NCBI GenBank assembly: GCA_049720475.1
Contig: JBNASH010000035.1
Location: 84,015-148,014, forward strand
Origin: Minisyncoccia bacterium
GTDB lineage: Bacteria > Patescibacteriota > Minisyncoccia > UBA6257 > JAAZHW01
DNA length: 64,000 bases
Reading direction: 5' to 3'
Shown here: positions 34,870-44,232 of the stretch, one piece after another
Numbering within the stretch: the first letter of the stretch is position 1
Layout: the number at the start of each line of letters is the position of its first letter
The notes under the pieces: generated by a model
Seen by the model: the letters and a program-made list of their open reading frames with translations, nothing else
What the model was told of the DNA's origin: nothing
The model's database searches: none
Position numbers and translations under genes: made by a program

Positions 34870-36177
34870 TTATTCGCCTTTTTCTTTGGGTAATTGAACA
34901 ATAAAATCTTCAATAAGCATATTAATTCTTTCCTTTTCTTCTTTGGGTCGTTCTTTATAAAAATTTTTTAACAGCGAAACAAATTTTTTCATATCTATTT
35001 GATCATTTAATGAGGTTTTTGCTTTTTCAACAAATTGACTTTCGACAAATTGGTAATTTTCTTTATCTTTTCGCGAGCTGGCCTCTAAAAATCTAAGCCA
35101 ATATTTCAAAAATTCCCTCACTGACATTTTTTCTTCAGGCATAACTTCTTTCTCTTCGATTTTGTTTTCCTGCTTTTCTTCTTTTTCTTGTTTTTCTTCG
35201 TTAATTGCAAAATCTATTGGCATTCGATTAATTACCGCCACAAATTCATTTCTTTTTTGAATGTAGGGGTAAATGTTGTTATTTAATTTATCCAACTTTT
35301 TATTTACATCCATCATCTGCCGCTCTACAGCTGCTTTTTCAGAAACCAATTCCTTTTTTTCTTGACGAAGCATCTTTTCTATTTCCTTAATTGTCTCATC
35401 GTTTTTAATTTTTCGCTCGGACAACCCTGCTTTTAACAAAACTTGATACAAATCGTTTTTTTGCTTTTCTAATATCATTATCTGTTCCTCATGTTTAGCA
35501 TAAACTTTTTTCCATTTATTTTCTAAATCATTTTTGTGTTGATTTAAAATTTCTTTTCTTTTCTCCAATGGATCAATTTTTAATTGATAATAATCTATCA
35601 ATCGTTGAGCAACAATATTTCTTTTTTCTACATATGCATCTCTTTTATTTTTATTCATTTCAAATTTTGGAGAAATTTTCTCTTTTTCGAGTAAAAGCTT
35701 CTCTCTACTTTCTCTCATTCTCTTCAATTGTTTATCAATACCTTCGACTGGTATATTGTTTTTTAAAGCATTTTCTCTATATTCACTTAACTCTTTTTCT
35801 GATTGATTAAAAATATTGATGCAATAATCAATCCGATCGAGATTGCTCTTAAAATTTGATAGTTTCTTTTCATAAACATCGATTCTTTTTTGATTCAACG
35901 CAATTTCTAATTTAGCAACTAATCTATTAGTGACTGGATTATTATAAAGTCCTTCATAAACTTTTTTCGCAATTTCTTTCCCTTTATCAGATAGTTTTTC
36001 AAATAATGACTTACTATCATCGGTTATGACGCTCATCAAATCAATTTCAACTCTTTTTTTCAATTCTTCCGGCAGAGTTTCCTCTTTGTTTGTCAATTTT
36101 TTTAACATATTTGGATCTAGTTTTTCAAATTTATTGCTCATATATTTAATTATACAACAAAAAGAGAAAAAAATCAA
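34870..36177 (-). CDS. K/E-rich coiled-coil protein (435 aa)
   Basis: Long predicted coiled-coil; no catalytic motif. Confidence 0.5.
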   Translation of the reverse strand: MIFFSFCCIIKYMSNKFEKLDPNMLKKLTNKEETLPEELKKRVEIDLMSVITDDSKSLFEKLSDKGKEIAKKVYEGLYNNPVTNRLVAKLEIALNQKRIDVYEKKLSNFKSNLDRIDYCINIFNQSEKELSEYRENALKNNIPVEGIDKQLKRMRESREKLLLEKEKISPKFEMNKNKRDAYVEKRNIVAQRLIDYYQLKIDPLEKRKEILNQHKNDLENKWKKVYAKHEEQIMILEKQKNDLYQVLLKAGLSERKIKNDETIKEIEKMLRQEKKELVSEKAAVERQMMDVNKKLDKLNNNIYPYIQKRNEFVAVINRMPIDFAINEEKQEKEEKQENKIEEKEVMPEEKMSVREFLKYWLRFLEASSRKDKENYQFVESQFVEKAKTSLNDQIDMKKFVSLLKNFYKERPKEEKERINMLIEDFIVQLPKEKGE

Positions 36178-36334
36178 GAGGGGTCTTTAAGTGGTTAATT
36201 AGCTAGAAATAAAAATCTGGAAAGTTAAAGTGTATAAAATGGCCATTTATAAAAATATACAAAATCTGAGTCTTTTTTACAAGTTTGACTCTGCCAAGCA
36301 TCAAATTCAAAAAATAAATTTAATCATTTATCAG

Positions 36335-36407
36335 TGGGCGCAGATGGATTCGAACCATCGACCCCAGACTTATAAGGTCTGTGCTCTAACCGCTGAGCTA
36401 TGCGCCC
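36335..36407 (-). tRNA. tRNA-Ile with anticodon UAU (AUA-decoding)
   Basis: Hand-folded: acceptor GGGCGCA/TGCGCCC, D-arm GCTC-AGCGGTTA-GAGC, anticodon stem CAGAC/GTCTG, loop CTTATAA (34-36 = TAT), T-arm GATGG-TTCGAAT-CCATC. The body resembles tRNA-Ile. Confidence 0.8.
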
Positions 36408-36466
36408 AAGAGGATTATCAATATCCTCTTTTAGTTTATTAATTTTTTAATTTTTTTCAAACCCTC

Positions 36467-38287
36467 TTATTGGTTATTTTTCATTAATTCCTCAAAATCT
36501 TCTTTTTCTATAATTTCCTTTTCTAACAAAGTTTTAACGAGAGCCTCCATTTGTTTTTTGTGGTTTTTAATTATTTTCTCTGATTGTTTAACCGCCTCAT
36601 TAATCAATCTTTTAACCTCATTATCAATTTCGATTGCGGTTTTTTCTGAATAATTCTTCTCGGCAGTAATTTCGCGGCCTAAAAAGATTAGTTCTTCTGT
36701 TTTGCCAAAAGTAATCGGGCCCAATTTTTCAGACATTCCATATTTAACAATCATTTTCCGGGCTAATTCCGAAGCTTCTTTCAAATCATTAGCCGCTCCT
36801 GTTGAAACATCACCCAAATAAATTTTTTCAGCCACATAACCGCCCATTAATACTGCTAATTCAGCTAAAAATTGTTTTCTGGTTTGCAATCTTCTATCTT
36901 CCAGCGGCATTTTTAAAGTGTAACCACCGGCTTGGCCGCGGGCAATAATAGAAATTTTCTGAACTGGATCGGCCTCAGGCGAATGGTAAGCAACAAGAGC
37001 ATGACCAGCTTCATGATGAGCAATAATTTGTTTTTCCTTTTCAGAAATTATCCGACTGCGACGCTCTGGCCCTAAAACAACTTTTTCAATTGATTCTAAA
37101 AGTTCGCTTTGGGTAATTTCTTTTTTATTTCTTCGAGCAGCCAAGATAGCCGCTTCATTAACTAAATTAGCTAAATCAGCGCCAGAAAAACCAGGAGTTC
37201 TTTCGGCAATTCTTCGCAAAAACACATCTTTGGCCAAAACTTTATCACGACAGTGAATCTTTAAAATTTCTTCTCTTTCTTTCAAATCCGGCAAATCCAA
37301 AACAATTCTTCGATCAAAACGACCAGGTCTTAGAAGAGCTGGGTCTAAAATATCAGGACGATTAGTCGCGGCAATCACAATAACATTCGTCTCACGATCA
37401 AAACCATCCATTTCTACTAAAATTTGGTTTAAGGTTTGTTCTCTTTCATCATGTCCTCCACCCAAACCAGCGCCTCGTTCCCGGCCAACCGCATCAATTT
37501 CATCAATAAACAAAATTGATGGCGCTGCTTTTTTAGCAGTCGCAAAAGCATCTCTAACGCGGCTGGCGCCAACACCAACAAAAAGCTCCACAAATTCAGC
37601 GCCCGAAATGTGGAAAAATGGAACATTAGCCTCACCAGCCACCGCTCGCGCTAAAAGTGTTTTTCCGGAACCCGGTGGCCCCATCAATAAAACGCCACGC
37701 GGTATTTTTGCGCCCAAATCAAGAAACTTTTTTGGATTTTTCAAAAACTCAACCACTTCTTTTAATTCCTGCTTTGCCTCTTCTAAACCTGCCACATCTT
37801 TAAAAGTCACTTTATCTTTTGGCGTAGAAATTTTAAGATTAACCCTGCCAAAAGAAAAGGCCTGTCCAACTCCCTTTTGGGCTTGTTTGTTCATCCAGAG
37901 GAAGAAAAGCAAAATTAAACCCAAGGGTAAAATAGTTTGAAGCAACAAAGCTCCCCAAAATAACCAATCCGAAGAAGTTTTAATATTAATATTTACTTTA
38001 CTCAATTGTTCATTGCTTACGCCAAGATTTTTTAATGTTTCGATAATACTCACTCCATCCTCTTTATTTGTTTTTAAAACTTCATCTTTAGTTGTTTTAG
38101 CAACCACCTCATTACCTTGCGCTGTTATTTCTTTTATTTCTTCTTTTTGAATGAGAGAAACCAATTCATTCAAAGAAATCTTTTTTTCTTTGATTGGCAT
38201 TGCTCCACTAAAAAGATAGGAAAAAATAGAACTTAAAATCAAGAAAATAATAATACCTAGAGCTAGATTTTTTAATAAGTTTCTCAT
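36467..38287 (-). CDS. ftsH: ATP-dependent zinc metalloprotease FtsH
   Basis: Two N-terminal TM helices, AAA Walker [12 protein letters not shown], and a zinc motif HEAGHALV. Confidence 0.9.
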   Translation of the reverse strand: MRNLLKNLALGIIIFLILSSIFSYLFSGAMPIKEKKISLNELVSLIQKEEIKEITAQGNEVVAKTTKDEVLKTNKEDGVSIIETLKNLGVSNEQLSKVNINIKTSSDWLFWGALLLQTILPLGLILLFFLWMNKQAQKGVGQAFSFGRVNLKISTPKDKVTFKDVAGLEEAKQELKEVVEFLKNPKKFLDLGAKIPRGVLLMGPPGSGKTLLARAVAGEANVPFFHISGAEFVELFVGVGASRVRDAFATAKKAAPSILFIDEIDAVGRERGAGLGGGHDEREQTLNQILVEMDGFDRETNVIVIAATNRPDILDPALLRPGRFDRRIVLDLPDLKEREEILKIHCRDKVLAKDVFLRRIAERTPGFSGADLANLVNEAAILAARRNKKEITQSELLESIEKVVLGPERRSRIISEKEKQIIAHHEAGHALVAYHSPEADPVQKISIIARGQAGGYTLKMPLEDRRLQTRKQFLAELAVLMGGYVAEKIYLGDVSTGAANDLKEASELARKMIVKYGMSEKLGPITFGKTEELIFLGREITAEKNYSEKTAIEIDNEVKRLINEAVKQSEKIIKNHKKQMEALVKTLLEKEIIEKEDFEELMKNNQ

Positions 38288-38379
38288 ATTATTTTAAAAT
38301 TTTTAATCGCATTTTATTTTCTTATGATTAATCAATTTTAACATATTCAACTGAAAAATCAATAAGCAAAAGTCCTTGG

Positions 38380-39249
38380 CTAAGCCAAGGACTTTATTTT
38401 TTGATCAAAAAAATCCAAAATCTCTCTGAAATTATGCTCATCTAAATGTTTAAAGGTGTTTATTTTTTTCTCTACTTCTTCTCTGCTCATAAAAAAATCC
38501 TTATTGTTTGCTTTCCCATTTTTTATTAATTCTAAAAGCTCTCTAAATTTAGCTTGGATTTGATGAGCTAAAGAAACATCAATACTTTTTTCAGTAATTA
38601 TCCAGCCAATCTCTTCAAAATGGAAAATTCGATTTTCATCAATCCGAAAATTTTGACCATCATAAGCAACTAAAGAATGGGGTGGTATAGAAGCAGATGA
38701 AGATAAACGAACACCAGGCTCAATATATACTTCATTTGCTATTTCACAAGGAGCAACAATTGTTACATTAGCACCAATAAAACACCTGTCTCCAATTTTT
38801 GTTTTTGAATCATTATAACCATTATTAGCAGCAATCACTACATGAGGCTGAAAAACGGTTTTTTCACCAACAAAAGCATCTTCCAAATAACAACCGGCAT
38901 TAATGTTTGTTTCGTCTTCAATAAAACTAGAAAAAACAAAACTATGATGCTTAATTTTGACGCATTTGCCAAACTTACTCAGCAATAATGTTGAATAATA
39001 AACAATCATTTCCTCTTTAGCTTCAATATCGCGCAGTTGGGAATGAATAATCAAACTTTCTGCGCCAATTTTAACGTTTCTCAAATGAGAGAAAAAAATT
39101 CGACAATCGGAAGAAATATTAATATCTTCTTCTAAATGACTTGGTGGCAAAATAACTGAATGAGGACCAATAACACAATTAATCTCTGGCAAACAAAAAG
39201 GAACATTTTTGGTTTGAATAATATCATCCACATAGTAAAATGCACTCAT
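38380..39249 (-). CDS. left-handed beta-helix (hexapeptide-repeat) protein, function unknown
   Basis: Repeated [LIV]-G-x-x-x-x hexapeptide-like units (IGANVTIVAPCEIANEVYIEPGVRL). Confidence 0.45.
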   Translation of the reverse strand: MSAFYYVDDIIQTKNVPFCLPEINCVIGPHSVILPPSHLEEDINISSDCRIFFSHLRNVKIGAESLIIHSQLRDIEAKEEMIVYYSTLLLSKFGKCVKIKHHSFVFSSFIEDETNINAGCYLEDAFVGEKTVFQPHVVIAANNGYNDSKTKIGDRCFIGANVTIVAPCEIANEVYIEPGVRLSSSASIPPHSLVAYDGQNFRIDENRIFHFEEIGWIITEKSIDVSLAHQIQAKFRELLELIKNGKANNKDFFMSREEVEKKINTFKHLDEHNFREILDFFDQKIKSLA

Positions 39250-39355
39250 GCCATCCTCCTTTCATTTTTTAATTTTCTATTAGCAGTTTAGAATTTTAAA
39301 AAAATAAGTCAAGAAAAGAATTCGCTCAGTGTGCAATTTTTATATTTTAACTTTT

Positions 39356-42300
39356 TTATTCGCTTTCTTTTTTATAAACCACCAGATTTAAATCATTGTC
39401 ATTCTTCAATTGCCAACCATTTCCATTCGGCAAATAAATTTTTGAACCCATAATATCCGGATGTACTTTGTAATTAACTGAACAATTAGCAGTATTTGTA
39501 TCAACCTCAGAAAAATCAAGCTTTAAAGCATAATAATGATTTTTCTCCAAATAAACCGGTTGATCAAAGCGCCAACTTAATATACCAAAATAACCATCCC
39601 AACTATAAGTAATTGCTGGGTCAATCGAATTACCTAACAATGGCCCCAGATTTCCATTAACTTGATTGGGTGAAATGGCATAGATCTGCGCTTTGATTGG
39701 AAAAGCGCAATAATGATAGTATGCTGGCAATTCTATTCTATCAACATAACCGCTCTTATTGGCAATAAAACTGGAAAAAATAACTCGCGGACCATACATT
39801 GTTGAAGCCCATTCAACGGCATTTGTCTCAATAACATTTTTTGGATCTAAAGAATACAAAACATTTTCAGGGTAATCACTTTGCTCGGCATCAACATAAA
39901 AATCAGAATTATTCTTATCACCAAAATAATACCACTCAGAAGTATAACCTGCTAAATCAATTGCCCGCGCTCGCCAGTGATAAGCATTGTCTTCTAAATT
40001 AGAAACTAAAACGGTAGCAACATCACCTGAATAAACAAAATTACTTTCAAAAAGATGGGGATCATTTTGAGCAATATTATTATCAAAATCTTCATTTCGC
40101 GGTCTCACTTCAATCTGCAATTTCACCGGCCAATCAGTATAATTAAAAACTCTGGCCGAAAAACTTACCTCAGGATTATAAATCGTCTCACCTTCTAATA
40201 AATCGTCTCCAGTTACTTTCTGAGATAATTCAGCAATTCTATTTTTATATCCCGTAAAAGAAAAAATTGTTTTATCACTTCCCCAAACTTCCCTGCTTTC
40301 TCCTGGGAAATAAGCCCAACAATTTCCATTAGGCGCATTATCAATATAAAATTGCGCTAAATATTGATGGTTTTTTCTTAAAACAATTGCCCCATCTACA
40401 AATTCCCAGCTGAAATAACCTGGTGTCCAATAAGATTTTAACTCAACCGCATTGCGAGAAACCCCTAATTCTTTTTGGTTATCATTTTCCATTTCAAAAA
40501 TTTTAACTTTAACTGACAAAGCACAGTTGAGACTTTTAGCCGCCGCCACCACATTTTTTAAGTATCCGCTTTCATCGGCCGTAAAAATTATTGAAAAGTT
40601 ACCTAGTCCATAATTATTTGCTAATTGAAAATCGGAATAATCTGACGAATTAGTAAATAAATAAAAATTAACTGGCTCAGAAATAACAATTTCTTTGGGT
40701 TGAACAATTTTAATAATAGCTGGCTTTTCTTTTTTCATTCCATCTTTATCTTTTAACACAATACCGACATAATATTCTTCAGCCGAATAAGGATTAAGAG
40801 TGATCTCAAAATTATTATTTTGGAAATCAAAATTTTTATTTAGAATCTCGGCTTTGGTTATATTAGAAACACTAAAATTTTTTAAATCTTCCTCAAGCAA
40901 ACTATAATAAACTTCCAAATCAGAAAAAGTTAGTAATTGTTCTGCTGGCAAAATAGAAAATGATAAGCGAATTTGACCGGCATTATCAAATATATATTTT
41001 AAATTTGATACTTCCAAAGCCTGGCGTGGTTCCGGTAAACTTAATGAGTTTTGCGGTTGAGGATCGCGCACAATAAAATCAGTCATTGAATCGCTATCAT
41101 AACCATTGCCCATAAATTGATCCATACCAATTGTCATTGATTCAACCGTTGAATCTTCTTCTGCTTTTCTTTCTAAACTACTACCTTCTGGACAAGAATT
41201 TTTTGAATAACTAATTTCATCAATGATATTTTTTTCATTATCAATTAAAAAGATATGGTAACTATTATCGAGTGTTGGATTGGGCAATGAATATGATAAC
41301 CTTAAAATATCAGCTTGAACATTGTTGTAATTTAAAGCATCATAACTATTAAAACCAATTAGCAAAAATCCGTGGGCTTTAATAATATTTAAATCATTTT
41401 TGCCAATTTTCAGTAAGGAAGTAGTAGTGGTACTGTTATCTTTTGCTAATTGCAATGACCAATCAATTAAATTAATATCGATATCATTAGGGTTGTATAA
41501 TTCAATGAATTCTTTACCCACATCGGTACCTTTAGCATCATAAAGAATTTCTGAAATCAAAATTTTTGGTTTTTGCGGGTTGGGAGTAGTATCAGGAAGA
41601 GTTAGAACAACAGGGCTATTTTCTGATTTAGGTGTTCCCAAAATGCCATTATTTTCTTCACCAGAATAAGTATGCCAATTTAAATCATCGCCTCTTTCCA
41701 TTGATCTCTTTGTGATTTTATCACCAGCCGGCCAATTTCCGTTTTCATCAGTTTTTGCTTCATCAATTAAATTACAATTGGAATCAAAAAGTTTTAAAGA
41801 CTCGTTGGTATCATTAATTGAACCAGTAAAAATTAAATCAGCTGCAATATTTGGTACGGCTTCATCATTTGTTCTTTCTAAAAGCAACGGTTCATTTGGC
41901 GCTAAAATTTTTTCTGGAAAAATAATTTTGATCTGGCCATCTTGATCTAATAATTGCCAATTTTTTAAATTGATCGTTTCAGTGGAAATATTTTTTAATT
42001 CAATCCACTCGTCAGCAGAAGAATGAGAGGTGCCCATCCAAGCAATTTCATTAATAATAACCTTTGGATTGTCAGAAATAATTGTGGTTGAAGTAGCGCA
42101 ATAAACGATCGGTGTTGGCGTTGGAGTTGGTGCGGGCGTAGAAGAAGTAGAACCGCTATAATAAATTTCTGGCGTTGAAGAGGGTGTTGGAGTAATTAAG
42201 GGTGTCAGATTAGTGGAGGGGGTGGGCGAAAAACTAGGAAGTGGAGAAGGGGTTAAAAATGGCGTTGAAGAAGGAGTTGGCGATGGCGAAAGTGTTGGTG

Positions 42301-43558
42301 TCAAACTCGGACTAGGACTAAAAATTATTTCTTGAGATAATTCTAACAACGGCGTGGCGGAAGGCAAAATAGAAACCTCATGAGATTGTTCAATTGTTTG
42401 GGATTGATTAATTGCTAAAGGCAAAGCTGATGGTGTTGATTCAATGGCAACTTCTTGTTTTTTCTCTTCGTCCATTAAACCCAGCGCTCTTTTAATATTT
42501 TCAATTGTTGTGGCGATTAAAGTTTTTCTCATTCGTGATAAAAAGTTTTGATCATTTTTATATTTTTCCACCTCTTGAAAAAATAAATTCAAAACACCAG
42601 CTCCTGATAAAACTGCTTTTTTAGATAGGTGAGACCAATAATCAGAATAAATAAGTGGATCGTCAATGGTAATATTTTGTGACAATGCTAAAAAAACACT
42701 GCCGGCTCCTGCTTTTTTAACTAAAAAATATTTACCCATATCATCTTCGTTAATTGAATACCAATAAATTTCCTTCTTTTCAACTTCTAAATAATTCCAC
42801 TCGGGCTGTTTATAGCCACTCTGAACACCAATCGTATCCTGACTATAAAAATGCGTATTAGTATAGAAAGCTAAATCATTAAAATAATCATTTAAATTAT
42901 TAAATACCAAGGGTTTTTTATTTTTTAATTGAGAAGCGACATCAATATTTTCTGGTGTAAATTGCGCCGCATATTTTTCATAACCATCACCAGTTAAATG
43001 ATGATCATTTCTAGTATGAGCTGGCACAGCCATATCTTCCAAAAGATGCAAAACATGGCCCAAATCAATAAAAGCTTCTTTTTTATTGCCAAGAATATAA
43101 TTATAAACGGCCTTTTCCCAAGTATGAACGGCTAAAATATCAACAGCACTTTTAGTTAATTGAGCAACAGGATTAAGCGCAGCATTACGATAAGCTTCTC
43201 CTAAAAAAGTTGCCTGAGCATAAGAATTCTGAGCCCAATCTTTAGCGGTTAAAATAAGGGGTTTTAAAATAGTTAAAAATGGTGTTAAAGCACCTGCATT
43301 AATCTCTCCAGATAATCCCCTTTGATAAATTGGATCATAAAAATGATTCAAAGTTCTCGCCAATGGATCATCTTCTTTAATGCTTCCCTCTATTAACCAT
43401 TGTTTTTCTTGTTCATTAATGCGAAATTGGGCGAAGTTATTGTAAAATTTAACAATTTCTGAAGTTAAAGCGGGGTGAGTTGTTAAATTATCGTAAGCCA
43501 ATAATTTAAAAGGCAAAATTAATAAAAATAAAATAATCAAAAATCTCTTTTTAAACAT
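39356..43558 (-). CDS. 1400-aa secreted protein: N-terminal zinc-dependent phospholipase C/P1-nuclease-like domain, Pro/Thr/Ser linker, two lamin-tail-domain-like modules, large C-terminal beta-rich region
   Basis: Signal peptide MFKKRFLIILFLLILPFKLLA. Motifs resembling zinc PLC (LNHFYDP; AQATFLGEAY; GHVLHLLEDMAVPAHTRNDHH). A linker PSPSLTPTLSPSPTPSSTP.... LTD-like KVIINEIAWMG...ADEWIELKNIS and KILISEILYDAKGTDVGKEFIELYNPN. Confidence 0.65.
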   Translation of the reverse strand: MFKKRFLIILFLLILPFKLLAYDNLTTHPALTSEIVKFYNNFAQFRINEQEKQWLIEGSIKEDDPLARTLNHFYDPIYQRGLSGEINAGALTPFLTILKPLILTAKDWAQNSYAQATFLGEAYRNAALNPVAQLTKSAVDILAVHTWEKAVYNYILGNKKEAFIDLGHVLHLLEDMAVPAHTRNDHHLTGDGYEKYAAQFTPENIDVASQLKNKKPLVFNNLNDYFNDLAFYTNTHFYSQDTIGVQSGYKQPEWNYLEVEKKEIYWYSINEDDMGKYFLVKKAGAGSVFLALSQNITIDDPLIYSDYWSHLSKKAVLSGAGVLNLFFQEVEKYKNDQNFLSRMRKTLIATTIENIKRALGLMDEEKKQEVAIESTPSALPLAINQSQTIEQSHEVSILPSATPLLELSQEIIFSPSPSLTPTLSPSPTPSSTPFLTPSPLPSFSPTPSTNLTPLITPTPSSTPEIYYSGSTSSTPAPTPTPTPIVYCATSTTIISDNPKVIINEIAWMGTSHSSADEWIELKNISTETINLKNWQLLDQDGQIKIIFPEKILAPNEPLLLERTNDEAVPNIAADLIFTGSINDTNESLKLFDSNCNLIDEAKTDENGNWPAGDKITKRSMERGDDLNWHTYSGEENNGILGTPKSENSPVVLTLPDTTPNPQKPKILISEILYDAKGTDVGKEFIELYNPNDIDINLIDWSLQLAKDNSTTTTSLLKIGKNDLNIIKAHGFLLIGFNSYDALNYNNVQADILRLSYSLPNPTLDNSYHIFLIDNEKNIIDEISYSKNSCPEGSSLERKAEEDSTVESMTIGMDQFMGNGYDSDSMTDFIVRDPQPQNSLSLPEPRQALEVSNLKYIFDNAGQIRLSFSILPAEQLLTFSDLEVYYSLLEEDLKNFSVSNITKAEILNKNFDFQNNNFEITLNPYSAEEYYVGIVLKDKDGMKKEKPAIIKIVQPKEIVISEPVNFYLFTNSSDYSDFQLANNYGLGNFSIIFTADESGYLKNVVAAAKSLNCALSVKVKIFEMENDNQKELGVSRNAVELKSYWTPGYFSWEFVDGAIVLRKNHQYLAQFYIDNAPNGNCWAYFPGESREVWGSDKTIFSFTGYKNRIAELSQKVTGDDLLEGETIYNPEVSFSARVFNYTDWPVKLQIEVRPRNEDFDNNIAQNDPHLFESNFVYSGDVATVLVSNLEDNAYHWRARAIDLAGYTSEWYYFGDKNNSDFYVDAEQSDYPENVLYSLDPKNVIETNAVEWASTMYGPRVIFSSFIANKSGYVDRIELPAYYHYCAFPIKAQIYAISPNQVNGNLGPLLGNSIDPAITYSWDGYFGILSWRFDQPVYLEKNHYYALKLDFSEVDTNTANCSVNYKVHPDIMGSKIYLPNGNGWQLKNDNDLNLVVYKKESE

Positions 43559-43592
43559 GTTTAAAAAGTTAAAAAACGACTTTGATTATTTT

Positions 43593-44159
43593 TTACATAC
43601 TTTTTATTTTCCAAACACCGGAATATTCATTTAATTCCATTTGCATAATATAATCTGCCATTCCGTCTTTGCCCATAATCACAAATTCATAGGTTGTTGT
43701 TAGTGGAGATTGAATGGGAGAAGGTTTGAATTGCTTAGTTAAATTAATTAATTCTTGTAATTTCCCCTTTTCTACCTGTATTTTTAATGCATCTTCCCAT
43801 TTTTTTCTACTTTGATTCTCATCCATCGCAAAATATTTAGCGGCTAAATCAATGTCGCCTTTTTCTAAAGCTTCAATAAACATATTTAAAGTTTCTTGAG
43901 GTGTTTTGCCACCATAAGTATCTTCGCGAAAAACTTGATAATATTGCTCCAATCCTTTATAAAACTGTTCCGTCGCTTTGCGTACCCGATACATATCAAT
44001 CACCATCTGCACTCTTTCTTTTAAAATAGAAAAGCCGCCGCCAATGCCAAATAAAACAAAAATAACAACCGCCAAAACACTTATTACTATTAACAATAGA
44101 TGTTTTCGTTTTGATTTTTGATTTGGTAAAGGCGGTGTGGTTGGAATTGGTTGATTCAT
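43593..44159 (-). CDS. membrane-anchored hypothetical protein
   Basis: N-terminal TM LLLIVISVLAVVIFVLFGIGGG, then a soluble domain. Confidence 0.5.
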   Translation of the reverse strand: MNQPIPTTPPLPNQKSKRKHLLLIVISVLAVVIFVLFGIGGGFSILKERVQMVIDMYRVRKATEQFYKGLEQYYQVFREDTYGGKTPQETLNMFIEALEKGDIDLAAKYFAMDENQSRKKWEDALKIQVEKGKLQELINLTKQFKPSPIQSPLTTTYEFVIMGKDGMADYIMQMELNEYSGVWKIKSM

Positions 44160-44232
44160 TTTCGTTTAATTTTTTACGCGACTAATGTTTATCTTCAAAT
44201 TAAATTCAATGAACCAACTTTAAAAACAATTT

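Noticed and set aside
36230-36442. 70-aa plus-strand ORF
   Set aside because: Overlaps tRNA-Ile(UAU) on the opposite strand; its sequence is just the tRNA's reverse complement translated.
38380-39249. Considered calling the hexapeptide-repeat protein a specific acetyltransferase (e.g. GlmU/LpxA-like)
   Set aside because: Only the generic left-handed beta-helix repeat is visible. There is no nucleotidyltransferase N-domain or acyl-binding residues that I can verify by eye.
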